Source of the DNA: Rotaria socialis
Taxonomy: Eukaryota
Assembly (NCBI GenBank): GCA_905331295.1
Contig: CAJNYD010000004.1
Span: 1 to 56,658 of the forward strand
Direction of reading: 5' to 3'
Length of the DNA: 56,658 nucleotides
Shown here: positions 1 to 13,800 of the stretch, in pieces
Layout: every line of letters begins with the position of its first letter
Numbering within the stretch: position 1 is the first letter of the stretch
Made by a program: the position numbers and the translations under genes
Notes under the pieces: model-generated
The model's input: the letters and a program-made list of their open reading frames with translations, nothing else
Told to the model about the DNA's origin: nothing
Databases searched by the model: none

Positions 1-302
1 AAAAGAATTTTCAAGTGATTGAGATGGCGATAAACATTCAGTTTCATCAATAGCTGTCAACTTATTAGATCCCATCAAAAATGTCTTTTTACAATTACGG
101 AAAAATATTACGCAAAACAACGAATGACATTTAAACGATATATTTTCTCGTCTTTATTGAATCACTGATACGGTAGTCGCGTCCTCTACAATAGACAATA
201 AAAATGTGCACCGATATATTTCTTTCTTGAAGGGGTCATCTATATTTCACCAACACACAGTTCAACAACTAAAATTAAAGAAAAAGGAATATTTTTATAG
301 CA

Positions 303-403
303 AGGGACATTTTTTCAAAGACAAAATATCGGAGGACATTTTTTCTGAGGACGAAAAACGAGGGACATTTCTGAAAGGACAATTTTTTGGGGACATTTTA
401 GAC
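303..403. repeat. Short degenerate tandem array of GGACA(T/A)TTT-like units, probable subterminal repeats of a DNA transposon end
   Basis: About 7 spaced copies of (G)GACAWWWW (gggacatttt, aggacatttt, gggacatttc, aggacaattt, gggacatttt). Confidence 0.55.
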
Positions 404-450
404 CGTATTCGCCTGGTGATTCTCTTTTTCTCAATAAGAGATGATGCCTA

Positions 451-3400
451 CCCAGGTCGAGCATTACGATGGCTAGATACGGTCGTATATTGCAGTGTCG
501 TACATGACAGAACACAGCGACTGTTTAGAAGCCATATCCGATCGTATACGGCCTTATAGTAAACAGGGAGCGACCAAGCACTGCAACGCATACAACCGTA
601 ACAACATCATAACCAACCGTTTACGGCCGTAATTCTGAACAAAAAGAAAAATACATGCATAAACCCCTTCGATCGATAGTGAGCACAGCAAAGACATTAA
701 TTCTACTACATTTCCATAGAAATCACACTAAAAACTGCAAGCAGCCAAAAATCCTACCCCAAATCACAGAAATCATACTTCCAACAGATTTTTTCGGAGC
801 ACTGCCTATACCCTAAATCTACCGAGAGCACCCAAAGCTAACTCCCTATGATTTTCCGTGCATCAAACAGTGAAAATCATGACAGATCTAACAAAATACA
901 AAAAGGCACCGAACAAATCCTGCTAAAATCACCTTTTGAAGGAAGCATCGTAGAGAATCCTGGAAAGCAGCATTCGTAGGAGAGCATCAAGAGATCCGTA
1001 TTTGGTGATTTCGGTTCCATCCTGCAGCAGGGATCATGAGGAATCTGAAAAAATAAAAAGCATCAAAGAAATCCTGCTATAATCAATGTTTTCCGTATAT
1101 AATTCATCGAAAAGAGGTAATAATTTGCGGCAATGATATTTGGCATCAATAATAATAAGTGCTTATGGCGTTATTTACGATTAATCATATAATATCGAGA
1201 ATAATAAATCTTTAAATGATGAATATTTCTCAAAGACAGACAGGACAATTGGTTAAATGGAAATCTTCAAAAATCATTGGTTGTTGTTACTTTCAGTGAA
1301 GATCATGACAAAAAATACAAAAAATCTGATATAGGGTAACACAAGTAATAGCACGCATGGAAATTGCTGATAAAAATTAGAAGAATCACTAAAATCTCCT
1401 TGATGTTTGTTACGAAATTGGATCTTTCCGATCGTAGAAAAAGGTTTAAAGATTTTTTTTCTTATTTTACTGGATTTATTCAGTAGGGTTCAACAGGAAT
1501 TCGATATAGAAATATGTTCAATATAGAACGACTTCAAAGTTTAACTCGGTTGTAAGGAAAAACGATGTTTTTGTTCGATTTATTGCGAAAGGTCAAGTGG
1601 GATTTCCGAGTCTTTGTGACATATGGAACCAATGTATTCTGGTGTTTTCAGTGAATATCCATATAATTTTTTTTGAATGTTTATACATTCAGACCACTAC
1701 AATTTCTGACTTGATGCTGAAATAAGTTTTGCTCGAAGTCTGGTTTTTGATAGAGAGCGGCCTTGACGAACTTAAGATCAGAATTGGTACTGTAATGGAG
1801 CAGAAATAAGTTGCCGAGGTTGATAAATGATCTCGTGCGCTTAGGGTAATATTTAGTTAAAAGTTGTGGCACGGCATGTCTTCTGTCCTTACCCATAACG
1901 TTTAAGATGCAAAAAATCCTGCATTTAGATTTTTTCAGTGAAAGTGAGCCGTAAATGATAGGCTTTGTCGCAGAAGCTGTGTTAAGGATGAAAACAGATG
2001 TTTTATGATACTTCTTTTTGATAAATGATGAAAGACTTAAGAATCCTGGAAATGCGTCAGAAATCACAAGAAGAAAACATAGAAATAATGAGGGAGCTGG
2101 CAGATTATTATAGGGTATAGAGTTTTGGTTTCTGAATAAATTTTAGTATAATTGTGTGGATAGAGAGTTAGCTTTAACGTTGTTCAGTATACCAGTCTGG
2201 CTTTGGGGTACTGTTACACTGTAACATTGAAAATGATTTGCCAGTTCAGGCAGTATTTATTGGTGATTCCATAATTTTTTCACATTAACTATTTGAATTC
2301 CAAGTAGGGAATATGCCTGAAATAACAGGCTTGTGTAGGTTATGAGAGCCTTCATGATAGATCAATTGATAGATGTCTCTACCATATAAGCTGGAATGAA
2401 TCATATCCTCAGGTAAGCTCTATAGTGTGTGATTTATGGGTTGATTTATGAGAGTGTTCCTGGGCTGGAGATGTGTTATGGTTTATTTTGATGTTTTTAT
2501 CTGTATATTCCCCATGTTTAAAATTCATAAAAAAATCTTAGTTAAATGATTTTACGGGCTTAAAAAGCGATGAAAATAACAGCATTTCTATGTGATGAAT
2601 AATAAAATTGCTAATAAAAACTAGTTAAACTTCTGATGGCAGATTTAGCCAGATTCTTCAATTTTTTAAGGCTTGAATCCTTCTAATAGGATTTTTCTTT
2701 CATTAAAATCTATTCAATTTTCTCTTCTTGGAAATGATTGTGTTGATTTCTAATTTGAAACCGTTTTCTCTTGATTGCGTGTTCAAAATTCATATCAACT
2801 CGATTATTTTTGAAAAACGGTACTTCTTGAAGGAATATAACTACCACGAAAAAAATTAATGGGAATCGTATTTTTGATCTAAAACAAAGAGTCAATGGTC
2901 AGAAGAAGTTTTTTTTTGGATATATATGAATATTACAAGACTAGACACTTATAATACAAATAAAAATCTAATATGAAAATAGAAACTCTTTATATACTTT
3001 TTGAGTCTTTTTAATACATGCTTGAAGAATACTTAATGATAAACCATTTAAAACTTCACCGAGAGCATTTTCTAGTTTATATTGTGATTTAGAATTTTGT
3101 TTGTATTATAAATGTCTATTCTTGTAATATTTATATATATCCAAGAAAACTGCTTCTGATCATTAACTCTGTGTTTTTTGATCAAAAATACGATTTGCAT
3201 TAATTTTTTCCGTGGTAATAAGATTGTGCTAGTTTTGATGGAGTAAAATCGTCATTTTTCACATGCAAGTGAAATTTCATATGTTCTATCAAATGGTAAT
3301 TTGAATTAACTAGATCTCGAAGCGTTCTCCTACAATTTCGAAAAATCCAAAGAAATCCTGGAATTTCTTTTGTTGAATCTGTCAATATTCATTCCAAGAA

Positions 3401-4286
3401 ATATTTCAACTCTCACACTCGTGTATCAAACAGATCTCAAGAAATTTCATCGAATTGTAAAATCAGATTTTTCGCCCCTCTGATAATGGTCCCAAAATCT
3501 CAAAATACTATTTTTTCTATGAAATTCTAGCACCATATTCGATTAAAAGTTGCCCATATTCGTTAAAAGCCTTTCTATAAGCGTTCCACTCATGATATAA
3601 ACACAAGTCTAGGAGATCTATTTAATGATGTCTGCAGATTTTTCATAGCTCATAGTAGGATTTTTTAGGTTTCTTTAGCATTATTCTATCAGCGCTGAAG
3701 TCTGATTTCAAACTGCGGAAAAGATGTGGATTCCACTGAATAGAGTTTATCGAGTTCCACTTGGAACATAGGCACGAGAATGGAACATTGGTCGAAGTGA
3801 ATATGGCCGCATTTTACAAAAAAAGGAAAAGAGGATTTTTTGGATTTTTCAACATTTCCGGAGTATGGTTCGAGATCTCGTTAATCGAAATATACTACTC
3901 GATAGGGTATACGAAGTTCTACTAGTAATATGACTATGGACGTTGGAAAATCAGCTCAGATGAGTATCTACAGGTTTTACTTGAATGCGATGCTAAATTC
4001 ACCTACACAATGGTCACTTAGTACTCTTCACTACGATAGCTTGTGTAAACTATAATCTAAAAAATGCTACTATACTTTAAGCGAACAGCTAGTCATCGTA
4101 AACGACCGTTTACTGTGATACCCGAAAGTCGTTTACGGAGATTTTTACGATCCTCATTTACGACTACCGTATTTCATCGTAACACTTCGTTTACGGTAAC
4201 AGTAAACGACTACAAAATACTGTCGCCGTTTTTCATCGTGAGTAATAGGTATACGGCCGTTTACGACTCAGGATGATCGACCTGGA
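451..4286. mobile_element. Decayed TIR DNA transposon or nest of elements, CACTA/EnSpm (CMC)-like termini
   Basis: Left end CCCAGGTCGAGCAT (451) vs reverse complement of right end TCCAGGTCGATCAT (4273-4286), 12/14 match. TACGG(C/T)CGT-type subterminal motifs at both ends. Interior has only broken ORFs. No clean TSD, so the two ends could belong to separate elements. Confidence 0.5.
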
Positions 4287-5521
4287 ATACATGATCAATC
4301 AGTTATGACAGTGTATGCCTTTCGACTCGAAACCTTCGAGTCGACAAAGAACAAATAGTTGGAAATTCCCAACTTGAAATTCGTGAAAGGTGAATAGGAA
4401 AAATGTAGAAAGCAAAAAAGCACAGTAAGGTGAATGGGGGAAATGCGTCATCAATGAGTACTTACACAAATAGTCAAAAATCTAGAGCAGTTAAAGTTCA
4501 CACGGCACAGGCCAAATTTAGAGCAACAAAAAATGTCCAACTAATATTTATTCGATGCGTGTTGACCATGAAACAAAACAATGTCAATAAAAAATGCTCG
4601 CTACAGGCTGCTGATTGTTTATAGTATGAAATTTTGCCAATCGATCGGATGAATCGCTTGCTACAGATACGAGATTAACATGAATCTGTATAAAAATTTA
4701 AATAACGAACGAAATATATCCCGTTTTATGCTAAAAATTGTTATATATCTGAAGACTTTTCTAAAGACAAAGCGTCAACTCAAAAATTTATCACACGATA
4801 TTCCAAGAAATATCTACAACAAAGACGAGACCTAAGCGAAGCGATCACAGCGTAACTTTAGACTTGAACAGATAAGAAGCATTCGATGACTTTGCTTATT
4901 TCATCAAAGCTCTCATGTAGGCTAGTATAAGCTCTAAGAAAAACTGTCAATACAGTTGCTTTTCTTATGCTACTGGGCAGTTTTCAACATTGCATGCCTT
5001 TCAAAAAATACAGTTGATGATGTTGATGAATTAACCAGCTCAACTCGGCCGTTTATTAGGCACTGCTATTGCCAATAGAATTTCTGTCACATACTTCAGA
5101 ATTCTCAGATGCATTAAAACACTACCGAAAAGTTCTAATTTTTTTCGTATCTCAGCATTTCCTTAATACAATCCATCGCTTAAGTTAGAAATCAAACTCT
5201 GAACTGTTGCCAATAAACTAGTGAAAGAAAAACACGATAACATATAATTCAATCATTATCAACAATGAAGGCATGGCTATAGTCAGACAAGAGTTAGTTC
5301 GTTCTTCTACATTACACCTAATCTAGTCAAGTCTCATCAATCCAATCGCCTCTGCTTATGATTACCATTGCAAATTCCAGACCGAAAATAACAAAATTGA
5401 TATTGTAGTTATTACGCATGAACACGCATTTGGCTTTTAGGCTTCATGCAAAAATATTGAAAAGTCTTTAATCTAAGAATGATGCTTAACGACAAAATAT
5501 GTACTGCTGAATCATTCGTAA

Positions 5522-5902
5522 GGGGAAAAGGCGGGTTTTGGGATTTTGAAAATCCCAAAATTGGAAAGCATTTCCCGCCACGAATTACGTAGTTTCGACT
5601 TGAAATTCTTCCCATATATAGGTTTCATGATTCATAGAAGATCCTAAAAGTTTCAACTCGAACAAATGTTTTCTTCTTAAAATATTGAATTTTCAAAAAA
5701 CCTGGAGTTTTTGATCGTGCCGTTAAATGAGCATTTCTTGTGCATTCATTATCTTGAGAAGGAAACATCCGTTTGCGCTGAAAATTTTAGAATACTCTAA
5801 GGATCATCAGACTTACACATGGAAAAAATTCAGATGCAAAATTCCATCATTCACGTTTTGGATTTTCAAAATCCCCAAAATCTCAAATCCGTCTTTTCCC
5901 CC
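5522..5902. mobile_element. MITE with GGGGAAAAG(G/A)CGG TIRs (Kolobok-like or Harbinger-like)
   Basis: Left GGGGAAAAGGCGG..GGATTTTGAAAATCC; right-end reverse complement GGGGGAAAAGACGG..GGATTTTGAAAATCC; flanks GTAA/TTGA resemble a degenerate TTAA; a related end occurs at 21580. Confidence 0.7.
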
Positions 5903-5946
5903 TTGATCATTCGTCATGATAAAATTCGATTCGTATCTTTGCACCT

Positions 5947-6292
5947 CCCAGGTCGACTAATCCGACGACGGATTCTATCGGATCCCAAAACATCCTACTA
6001 ACCGAAGTAATCCAGTTGGATTCTGGGTTTCGAAACTAATGACGGATCCGATGGAAGAATTTTAAAAAATATCAAAATTCTATTTAGTGCAAAAAAGCTT
6101 TTTAGAAATTGACTATAACAGTCTTTTTTGGCGCATCGGATCCCAGAGTAAGATACGATCGGATAGTATCGGATCCAAATCTCGGTCCGAAGTTCGGCGA
6201 AATCTGTTGGCTCTTGTCGGTTTTCATGTAAGATCCGATGCAATCCGTTTTCAGATCCGATTGGATCCGATTGTAGGAATGAACGAACTGGG
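5947..6292. mobile_element. Non-autonomous CMC/EnSpm-like MITE
   Basis: Termini CCCAGGTCGA / CCCAGTTCGT (reverse complement), 2-bp CT direct repeat on both flanks (5945-46, 6293-94), interior rich in GGATCC/GATCCG motifs. Confidence 0.7.
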
Positions 6293-6752
6293 CTATCATT
6301 CATCATCAGTATTCACTAGTTTACAATTCAGCTAAATAAGCAAAATGAAGGTTTATTTATTTTCAAGTTTTTCAATTTAATCTATGACTATTATTGATTC
6401 CTTTTTGAATAAAAAGAATAAATCATACATAAAAAGTTTTCGTTCACGGTTAAAACAGAAAGTATTTGCACACCGCAAACACAATTAAATATTCATAAAA
6501 AAAATCAAAAGGCGAAGAACAAACTGACTACATTATAAGAGATAAACAAAAGTACATTGCACACATTCACATAACCATGTTGGAGACTGAAAAGAAAGTT
6601 TCAAATACTTTCGGTCTATTTCTTCCGGAAGATCAAGAGAGAGAGAAAAACATAGTGTAATAATGAGATCATGCGTATTCCTTGAAATAAGAATAAAAAA
6701 CAATGACTAAATAGTTTTCTTTGAGAGATTATTATTGCTAATGAGACTATAA

Positions 6753-7828
6753 TTATTCCGCAACACTGAGAGGTCCTTCAAGAAATAATTGACGAACACT
6801 TAGTGATGCTGATAATTCCAAAATCATTTTGTGTACTTGAACATTTTCAAGAAGATCATTTGATAATTGCGGTTGAGACGATGGATAAAATCCAGAGCCC
6901 TAAATATTTATGTGAGCATGAATTTGATATTCATGTGAAAAACAAGCTTCTCTACCAGGGGGGTTTCACACCCACCCTGCTTTTGTTTCGGTCAATAAAA
7001 CCGGAAAACTGTTTTAGGGATATTTTAGTGTCGGATCTATACGAACGAAGAAGAAACACACCCCGATTCTCTAATCATAAGTCCGTGCTCGTTGTCAGTT
7101 TAGTATTCAAGCAATCTCAATCTAGTCGAACTAAAAAAATTCAGTATAAACATTACTACACTGTGAGTGTTCTGAACACCTAGTGAGTGATCCTCAATTG
7201 AAATCGACGTTTATTTTGCACTAATATATTACCTTGAATGCTCGATGTAAACGAAGGACAGCATAACAGAAAACGAAACGTGCAAGAAATAATCTTAAGA
7301 AATCATCACCAATAAAATGATAGACTGAAACATCTAAAGAAAAACAAAGTTTTGTGTTTTAATCATAAAATAAAAAATTAAATAAAGTCTTACCAACAAG
7401 TTTTGATTTTAAGAAAATTTTTATTATTTCAAAAATAATCTTATTAACATTTTCTTGACACAGATTCCATTGTTCGCTGGTTAGTTCATTTAAATGACAA
7501 ACAAAACAGAATGCAAATGCTGGTGTTGTTAAAAATAATGTAAATAAACTTCCTTTATTTTGATAATCTAATAAAAGCACAAAACACTGTTTTTGATCCG
7601 TCAAGTTGGGAACAAAAAAAACTATGTCTTACCATGAAATACTGCGGGTATTTTAATAGGTGAAAGTAATGAAACCAATGGTTGACCAAATAAATTCGGT
7701 ATGTTTTGAAATACCGTACTATGATTACTATCGATAATTAAAAATAATGGTTTACGTAAAAATGGATATAAATCTCCTGGAAATATATTATGAATATCTT
7801 TAGGAGTCGTTGTCGTTGTCGTCGTTGC

Positions 7829-7862
<34 letters not shown>

Positions 7863-10270
7863 GAAGGTGATTTTTTTCCAAGAGTATTTGCCGGTGAATT
7901 TGAATTATCATTCGTTTCGTCACGACGATTATTAGTTTTTACACCACCAAAATCATATGAATGTTCAGTTTTTACCTTCAGATGTGTATCATAGCCATCA
8001 GCAGATATATAAAGAAGAAGAACACCATTTGGCGGTAGTTCTTTAAATGCTGATGCGGTAAATGCGTAAATTTGACTGAATGTTGGCTTGTAGAGAAGAT
8101 ATTTATGAGGATTTGAACGTATTGATAATTCACCATCGGATAAATTCTAAATTTATTTTAATTTTATTATACGATTAAAGGCTCAGCTTTGACAAGATAG
8201 TTTTTGAGATATTGTCGATCAGAATTTATAAAGGAAAAAGGCTGTAGGTAGATACTATTTATTACATATGATAAAAGTTATTTGAATCTTTCTATTATGC
8301 TGAGATACAGTCTGACTATTTGTTTAATTGTATAATATGATGATGACGCTTGTTAAAGGAAATATGCGATGGACTTAATGCGAGACTTCTAATTAGTTAC
8401 TGGAACTTTTTGGACATTTTAAAATAAAACTACGACTATTTCTGAGGGTTAGCACCTAAGAGTCAAAAAGACTACGATCAACACTATCTCAAAACATTCA
8501 ATAATCTATTTCTGTAACCTCGAAATAGCTCTAAAGTTTTCAAGAAAGTAGTACATCGTAGCTATCATGAAAATACATCGATTTCTTTTTATCAAAGGCT
8601 ACTTACAAGTATCTCCTTCTGTTGACTAGCTGGTGATTGCAGCAATGCCCTTTCATCCGACGATGACGTGGATTCAATGGACTGTCTTTCAACTGCTTGT
8701 AACATTCGATACATATCCAGAGTTACTAAACGAGAGAAAAAGAGAAGCCTCCTTTGGCTAAATGAATTCAACCAAAAGATCAAATGTTTTACATTCACTG
8801 AATTTAATTTGATCTTGATAATTTCCAATAATGATAATTTCTTCAAGTGAATATAATTGTATATTTGATAGGATTTTATCGGCACCCATGGGCAATGGTG
8901 GTATTACAGAATTTGTTAAACGATAATATAATGTAAGTGGTGTTCGATCAACACTTAATTGATTATCAATATCGATAAATGTTGAAACTTCATTTAATAC
9001 AAGCTGCCATTCAAGACTATCGTCTGGATCGTATGCTTTAACATATTCATCGATTTGACGACTCAATTCACGTACTAAATCACGCATTATCTTTGTTTTT
9101 TTTAATAAAAGACAGACGACAATAAATCGTGCATAATAGCGTAATTTTTTGACCATTAAATCTGGTTTTTCTTCACGATTTACTTTTGAATAATAAGCAC
9201 GTGTACGTATAGCCGAATAGAAAGCAAAAGCCTCATTTAAATAATTTGCTTCCGATGTTCGTATATAAAAATGATAATAAAGTTGGCCAATTTTCGATGC
9301 GATTTCACCGATTTGCCAACGTTTCAAACTAAGTTTTTTATCGAGAAGAACTCTAACCGAAAAAAAAATGGAGTACACAAAACTGATTAAACTAGAAATC
9401 AATTTTTATATACCTATGTTGTTGTTGAAACTTCCATAATTTAGTGTAAACATCAAATGTTCGTCCAAAATATGCTTGCCATTGTTTATGTCCATATTGT
9501 GGAAGATCTCTACAAGAGAAGAATACGAATTTATTAGATGGGTAGATTTAAATCATTTTTATAAAAAAAAAAAAAAACGTTAGCAAACTTTCGTTCGGAT
9601 TTAAGAGCTATTGATCAGAATGGAATATCATTTTTGAGCAAAAAAGATTCAGTATTGAGGAAAAATCAGACTCGTTGATAAAAAATATATTGAAAAAATC
9701 GAATATTTAAAAATATGAAATAAATTTAAAAGATAATTGATATGTACCATGTTTTTTAATCGATAAATTCCTGGTGTTTCATCGACAATAAAAAGGTTTC
9801 GAAACACTTATTTTAAATTTATATTTCTCCTTGAACAAAAAAGGAATTTTTAGCGACAAGCCTTGGAAGCTTCAATTTATCGCTTCACTTCATTAGACAA
9901 ATCTCAACGAGATCAAATTGTTTTTTGGAGAATAAAAGATCGTTTGTATCCATTTCGAACTCATATCTCTTAATTCAACATGTTTTACATGGATGAGTTT
10001 ATGCTTCAGGGCCTACTATATTCCTAGTTAAAGGGTTATAGAAAGTACTAATGAAGTTTATATTTCTTGATAACTCTCCAAAGTATACTTTTTAATCCAA
10101 AGTCTTAAACTGTACCTTAATCCATTAAATAGTTGTTTTGATTTATCAAGTAAATGAGTAAATTCTTGTACAATTTTATCTTCAGCATCGAGACCATCAT
10201 TTTCATTTAAATCTTGATAATTGCCTGTTGAGACTAGCTTATCAGTTGGAGTCATATTTGTTGCTGTCAT
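6753..10270 (-). CDS. SCAI: Protein SCAI (suppressor of cancer cell invasion) homolog, 8 exons
   Basis: Exons 10270-10116, 9509-9414, 9352-8793, 8725-8607, 8146-7633, 7567-7394, 7333-7233, 6899-6753, all GT-AG and in frame. Motifs DLPQYGHKQW..FGRTFDVYTKLWKFQQ, LKRWQIGEIASKIGQLYYHFY, KKLRYYARFIVVCLLL, NPHKYLLYKPT, PGDLYPF. Confidence 0.95.
7806..7863 (-). repeat. Coding (ACA/ACG)n microsatellite encoding T11-A-T7 in SCAI exon 5
   Basis: (TTG)11 plus GTC/GTT variants; the SCAI frame reads KKSPS-T11-A-T7-PKDIH. Confidence 0.9.
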
Positions 10271-10460
10271 ATTGTCATGATGAAAAAATATTTTTTGCAC
10301 AGAAAAAAAATAGAAAATCTAAAAAACAAACAGATCTTATGAAAAAAATTCACATTCTTTAATCAAAACAAAAAACATTAGTATTAAATGGACGGAAATT
10401 TTTGCATTCAAACTTAACATTCTCGTGGTTTAATATCACAAATAAGAAATGGCTGGTATA

Positions 10461-10803
10461 TTATGCAAACATTTGCATACTGGCAAAATTGTAAAATTTA
10501 TCAACTTGTGTGCGTGCGTCAGCCGGTGATTGACTGATAAAATCTGAAACGAAAAAAAGATTCTATTCGATAAAAAGATGCAAACAGATTTAACATACGA
10601 GGTAAATTTTGATATTTCGTTGTTAATAAAGCATGAAGATTTTGCTGACAAATAGATATAGAATTGTTGCCAGCAAATTCAAGTCCAATAACAGGACCTT
10701 TAGCAACCAGTGTCACATATGATCGATTAGTACCAAACATGCCTTCAACACTCATTTCATCCATTTTATAGGATTTTGTTTGTACGAGTACAACCTAATT
10801 GAA

Positions 10804-10834
<31 letters not shown>

Positions 10835-13800
10835 TTCATTGATGAACATTCTCTAAAACAAACTTCAGATTGTGTCGCCATTTGAATTAATGCACGAGCA
10901 CAAGCATCAGCATTTAAGTCTTGAAAAAAGATTACCAAACAACGCTAAAATTAGAAAATAATAATTATCATAATTAAATCATCGAGGGTATCTAGAGGGA
11001 CTTTCAGATATCCTATGCAAAGTAGAGATGCGCAGGGTTACCCTACCCTGCAGGGTAGGGTGGGGCCAGGGTAAGCACCGGAAGGGTAGAACAGGGTCAG
11101 GGTATGCATTTGGTGGAGTGCAGTACAATATGATGCAAGTAAAAATCCAATAAATTAAAGTTGAGTCAGAAAAAGAAAGGAATCATGAATTGATCCAATC
11201 ATAAATACTGCTCTACCAAAGAAAAAGCCAAAGAAAATGAGAAAGAATGATTATTTACAAGAAGGTGTAGTACTAGAATTTGCACTAGCAAGCCAAGATG
11301 ATTCAAGTGAAGATGAAACTGAACGTTGTGCTAAAGCAAAATTAGTCATTAGTAACGAAGAATTTATATTACAATGATGGAAGCAGTGGAGTATGAATTA
11401 TCCGACGCTAAGTGTTTTAGCAAGATCGTTACTAGGTACACCAGCTAGTTCATGCACAAGCGAAAGAATATTTAATGCCATTGAAAGAATCCTCGAAGAG
11501 CGACGCCAAAATTTAGATGACGATATTGTAGACGATATCTTGTTTATAAGAAATTTTAAACAGATTTTATTGTAATGTTTTGCAGATTACTTGTAATGAA
11601 ATAAATGAATAATTTATGATACTTTAGTATTTCTTTCTTCAGTTCTAAAGATTTTGTAGGGTAAGGACAAGGAATATAAAAGTTTTACAGGGTGGGGTAG
11701 GGTCAGGGTAGAGGACCTACAGGGTAGGGTAGGATAAGGGTAAACGAAAACTCCTTTATCAGGGTACAGGGTAAGAGAAAACTTTACCCTGCACATCTCT
11801 AATGCAAAGTGAAATAGTTTATTAACATAAGAATTTCATGCAAGGTACCTCTCATAAAAACAGGAGTCATTCTAATTATGAACTCGAAACCTATAGAAGA
11901 TCATAAAAAGAAACATCCTTCGGTCATGATTGGCATATATCATGCTCCGAGTTACTCATTGTTTAACATGCATATTTGACAGATAAAATCAGATTTCAAC
12001 AACAATTCACATGTTTCTAATATAGAAAAACAAATTTTCGAAAAATCTGCTTTGTTACCACTCGACATACATTTTATAACAAACTAAAAGCACAGCTTTT
12101 CCTGTTTTTTTCTGAATTATCTAATCAGAGTCAGTATTCAAAAATTTGCATTATAGTCGACATAAAAATACTTATTCTATTGATTTACTCTTAACCTTTC
12201 ATTATTCTACTATAGACGAGTTGAGTGCATGTCAATTATAATTTGTCTTCGACAGCATTGACTGCAACGCATCGTTGTCGAAATTTTTTTAAGAAAAACA
12301 TAACTTTAAAAACATGAATCGGTACAATTCACGTGGTGACATCGTAGGTGTCAATAGAATTAAATTAATTGGAAGATCATTCCGGAGCCCAAACTCGACA
12401 ATAGACTTACATTGAAATAAAAATTATTTTTATTAGAGCAGTTTTCCATGTGAATACGTTTGAATCTATCTCGGATGAAACTTAACATTTCTGGTATGAG
12501 TGCATCTATTTGATTGATTTTTATAATTACCGAAAAAGAAAAAGATTCATTCACTGAGACTTTCATTAATACAAAAAGAATAAGTAAAGATTTCTATAAG
12601 AATGTTGACAATGCCCGTTTTTTTTTGGCTAAGCCCCATTATGAAATTATCTAAGCTCTTCTATGAGAAAGAAGAAGAAAAAAAAATGAAAGATGACTAT
12701 TATCTACTACTCGTAGATGGCGTCTAGAGAGAATGAAAAATAAAGCGTGTTAAAATGTATCATTTGTCAAGTGAATAGTTTATATGACTACTCGAATCTT
12801 GATTAGAAACTAGACAAATAACATGTCTCTATACAAGAATTCCGTGAGAAAAATTTACATAAAATATTCAACGAATTGAAAACTATGACAAGTGATGATG
12901 TTATTATGATAGATCGTTGCACTACGTCTCTTGTCAATCTTAGATGAATTTTTAGAAGAAAAAGAATAGTCTTTTGACAGTTTTCTCTATGTTACTAACA
13001 AGATTGGAAATTCGAGTCTTAATTAAAATAATTTCATCGGAATGAATCAGGAAATTCAAAATTCCATTCTCGCATGGGTCATAATTTATTTTCAATGTTT
13101 CATAAAGGTAATATGATCAATTCTATTATATTAATAATCAATAGAATTATTCGCTCATGAAGAATTTTCATAATCATAAATAACCAAGTCTTACCTCTTC
13201 ATGTCGATCACGATATAACTGTCCGTACGTATAGGGTGTAACACTTGTATCATTGTCATCCTTGATATTTAAATGACTACATGATGGATCAACTGGCACT
13301 GGCAAATGTTGAAAAACACTCTCAGTCTATGATAATTAAAGCAACAAAATGATTTAGTTGTTTTTCTTTATTGAAAGTATAAATCACTTTATCAAGTAGT
13401 GAATAATTTTTTCCATCAGGAATCGATGTAAAATCATGAATATTACTCCAATTATTATTCCATGGACTAATATCAGCCGATTTATATTGCTCTTTTAATA
13501 ATATTCATAGAATTGAAAATATATTTTTGTTTTTGGCAATAAATCTTACCAGCTAAATTATCATAATTTAATGTTAAACATCCAAATTTTAGATTGTGCG
13601 ATGATTCAATGATTGGTTGACTTGCACATGATAAATAAACATGCGTGTCACGACAATCCCGAGTACGAAATTGTTGACATACAGTTGCTAATACACAATT
13701 AATTGAATCTCGAATGAAAATACTAAAAGAAATTGTTTAATCTTGCGTTCTATCTTTTGAAGACAACAAACGCCTTAGCTCACCTTCCGTGTACAGGACC

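Noticed and set aside
5998..6335. Overlapping ORFs on both strands
   Set aside because: By-product of a GC-richer palindromic MITE
7738..7923. Poly-Gln ORF in the ORF track
   Set aside because: Wrong frame of SCAI exon 5; the conserved frame gives poly-Thr
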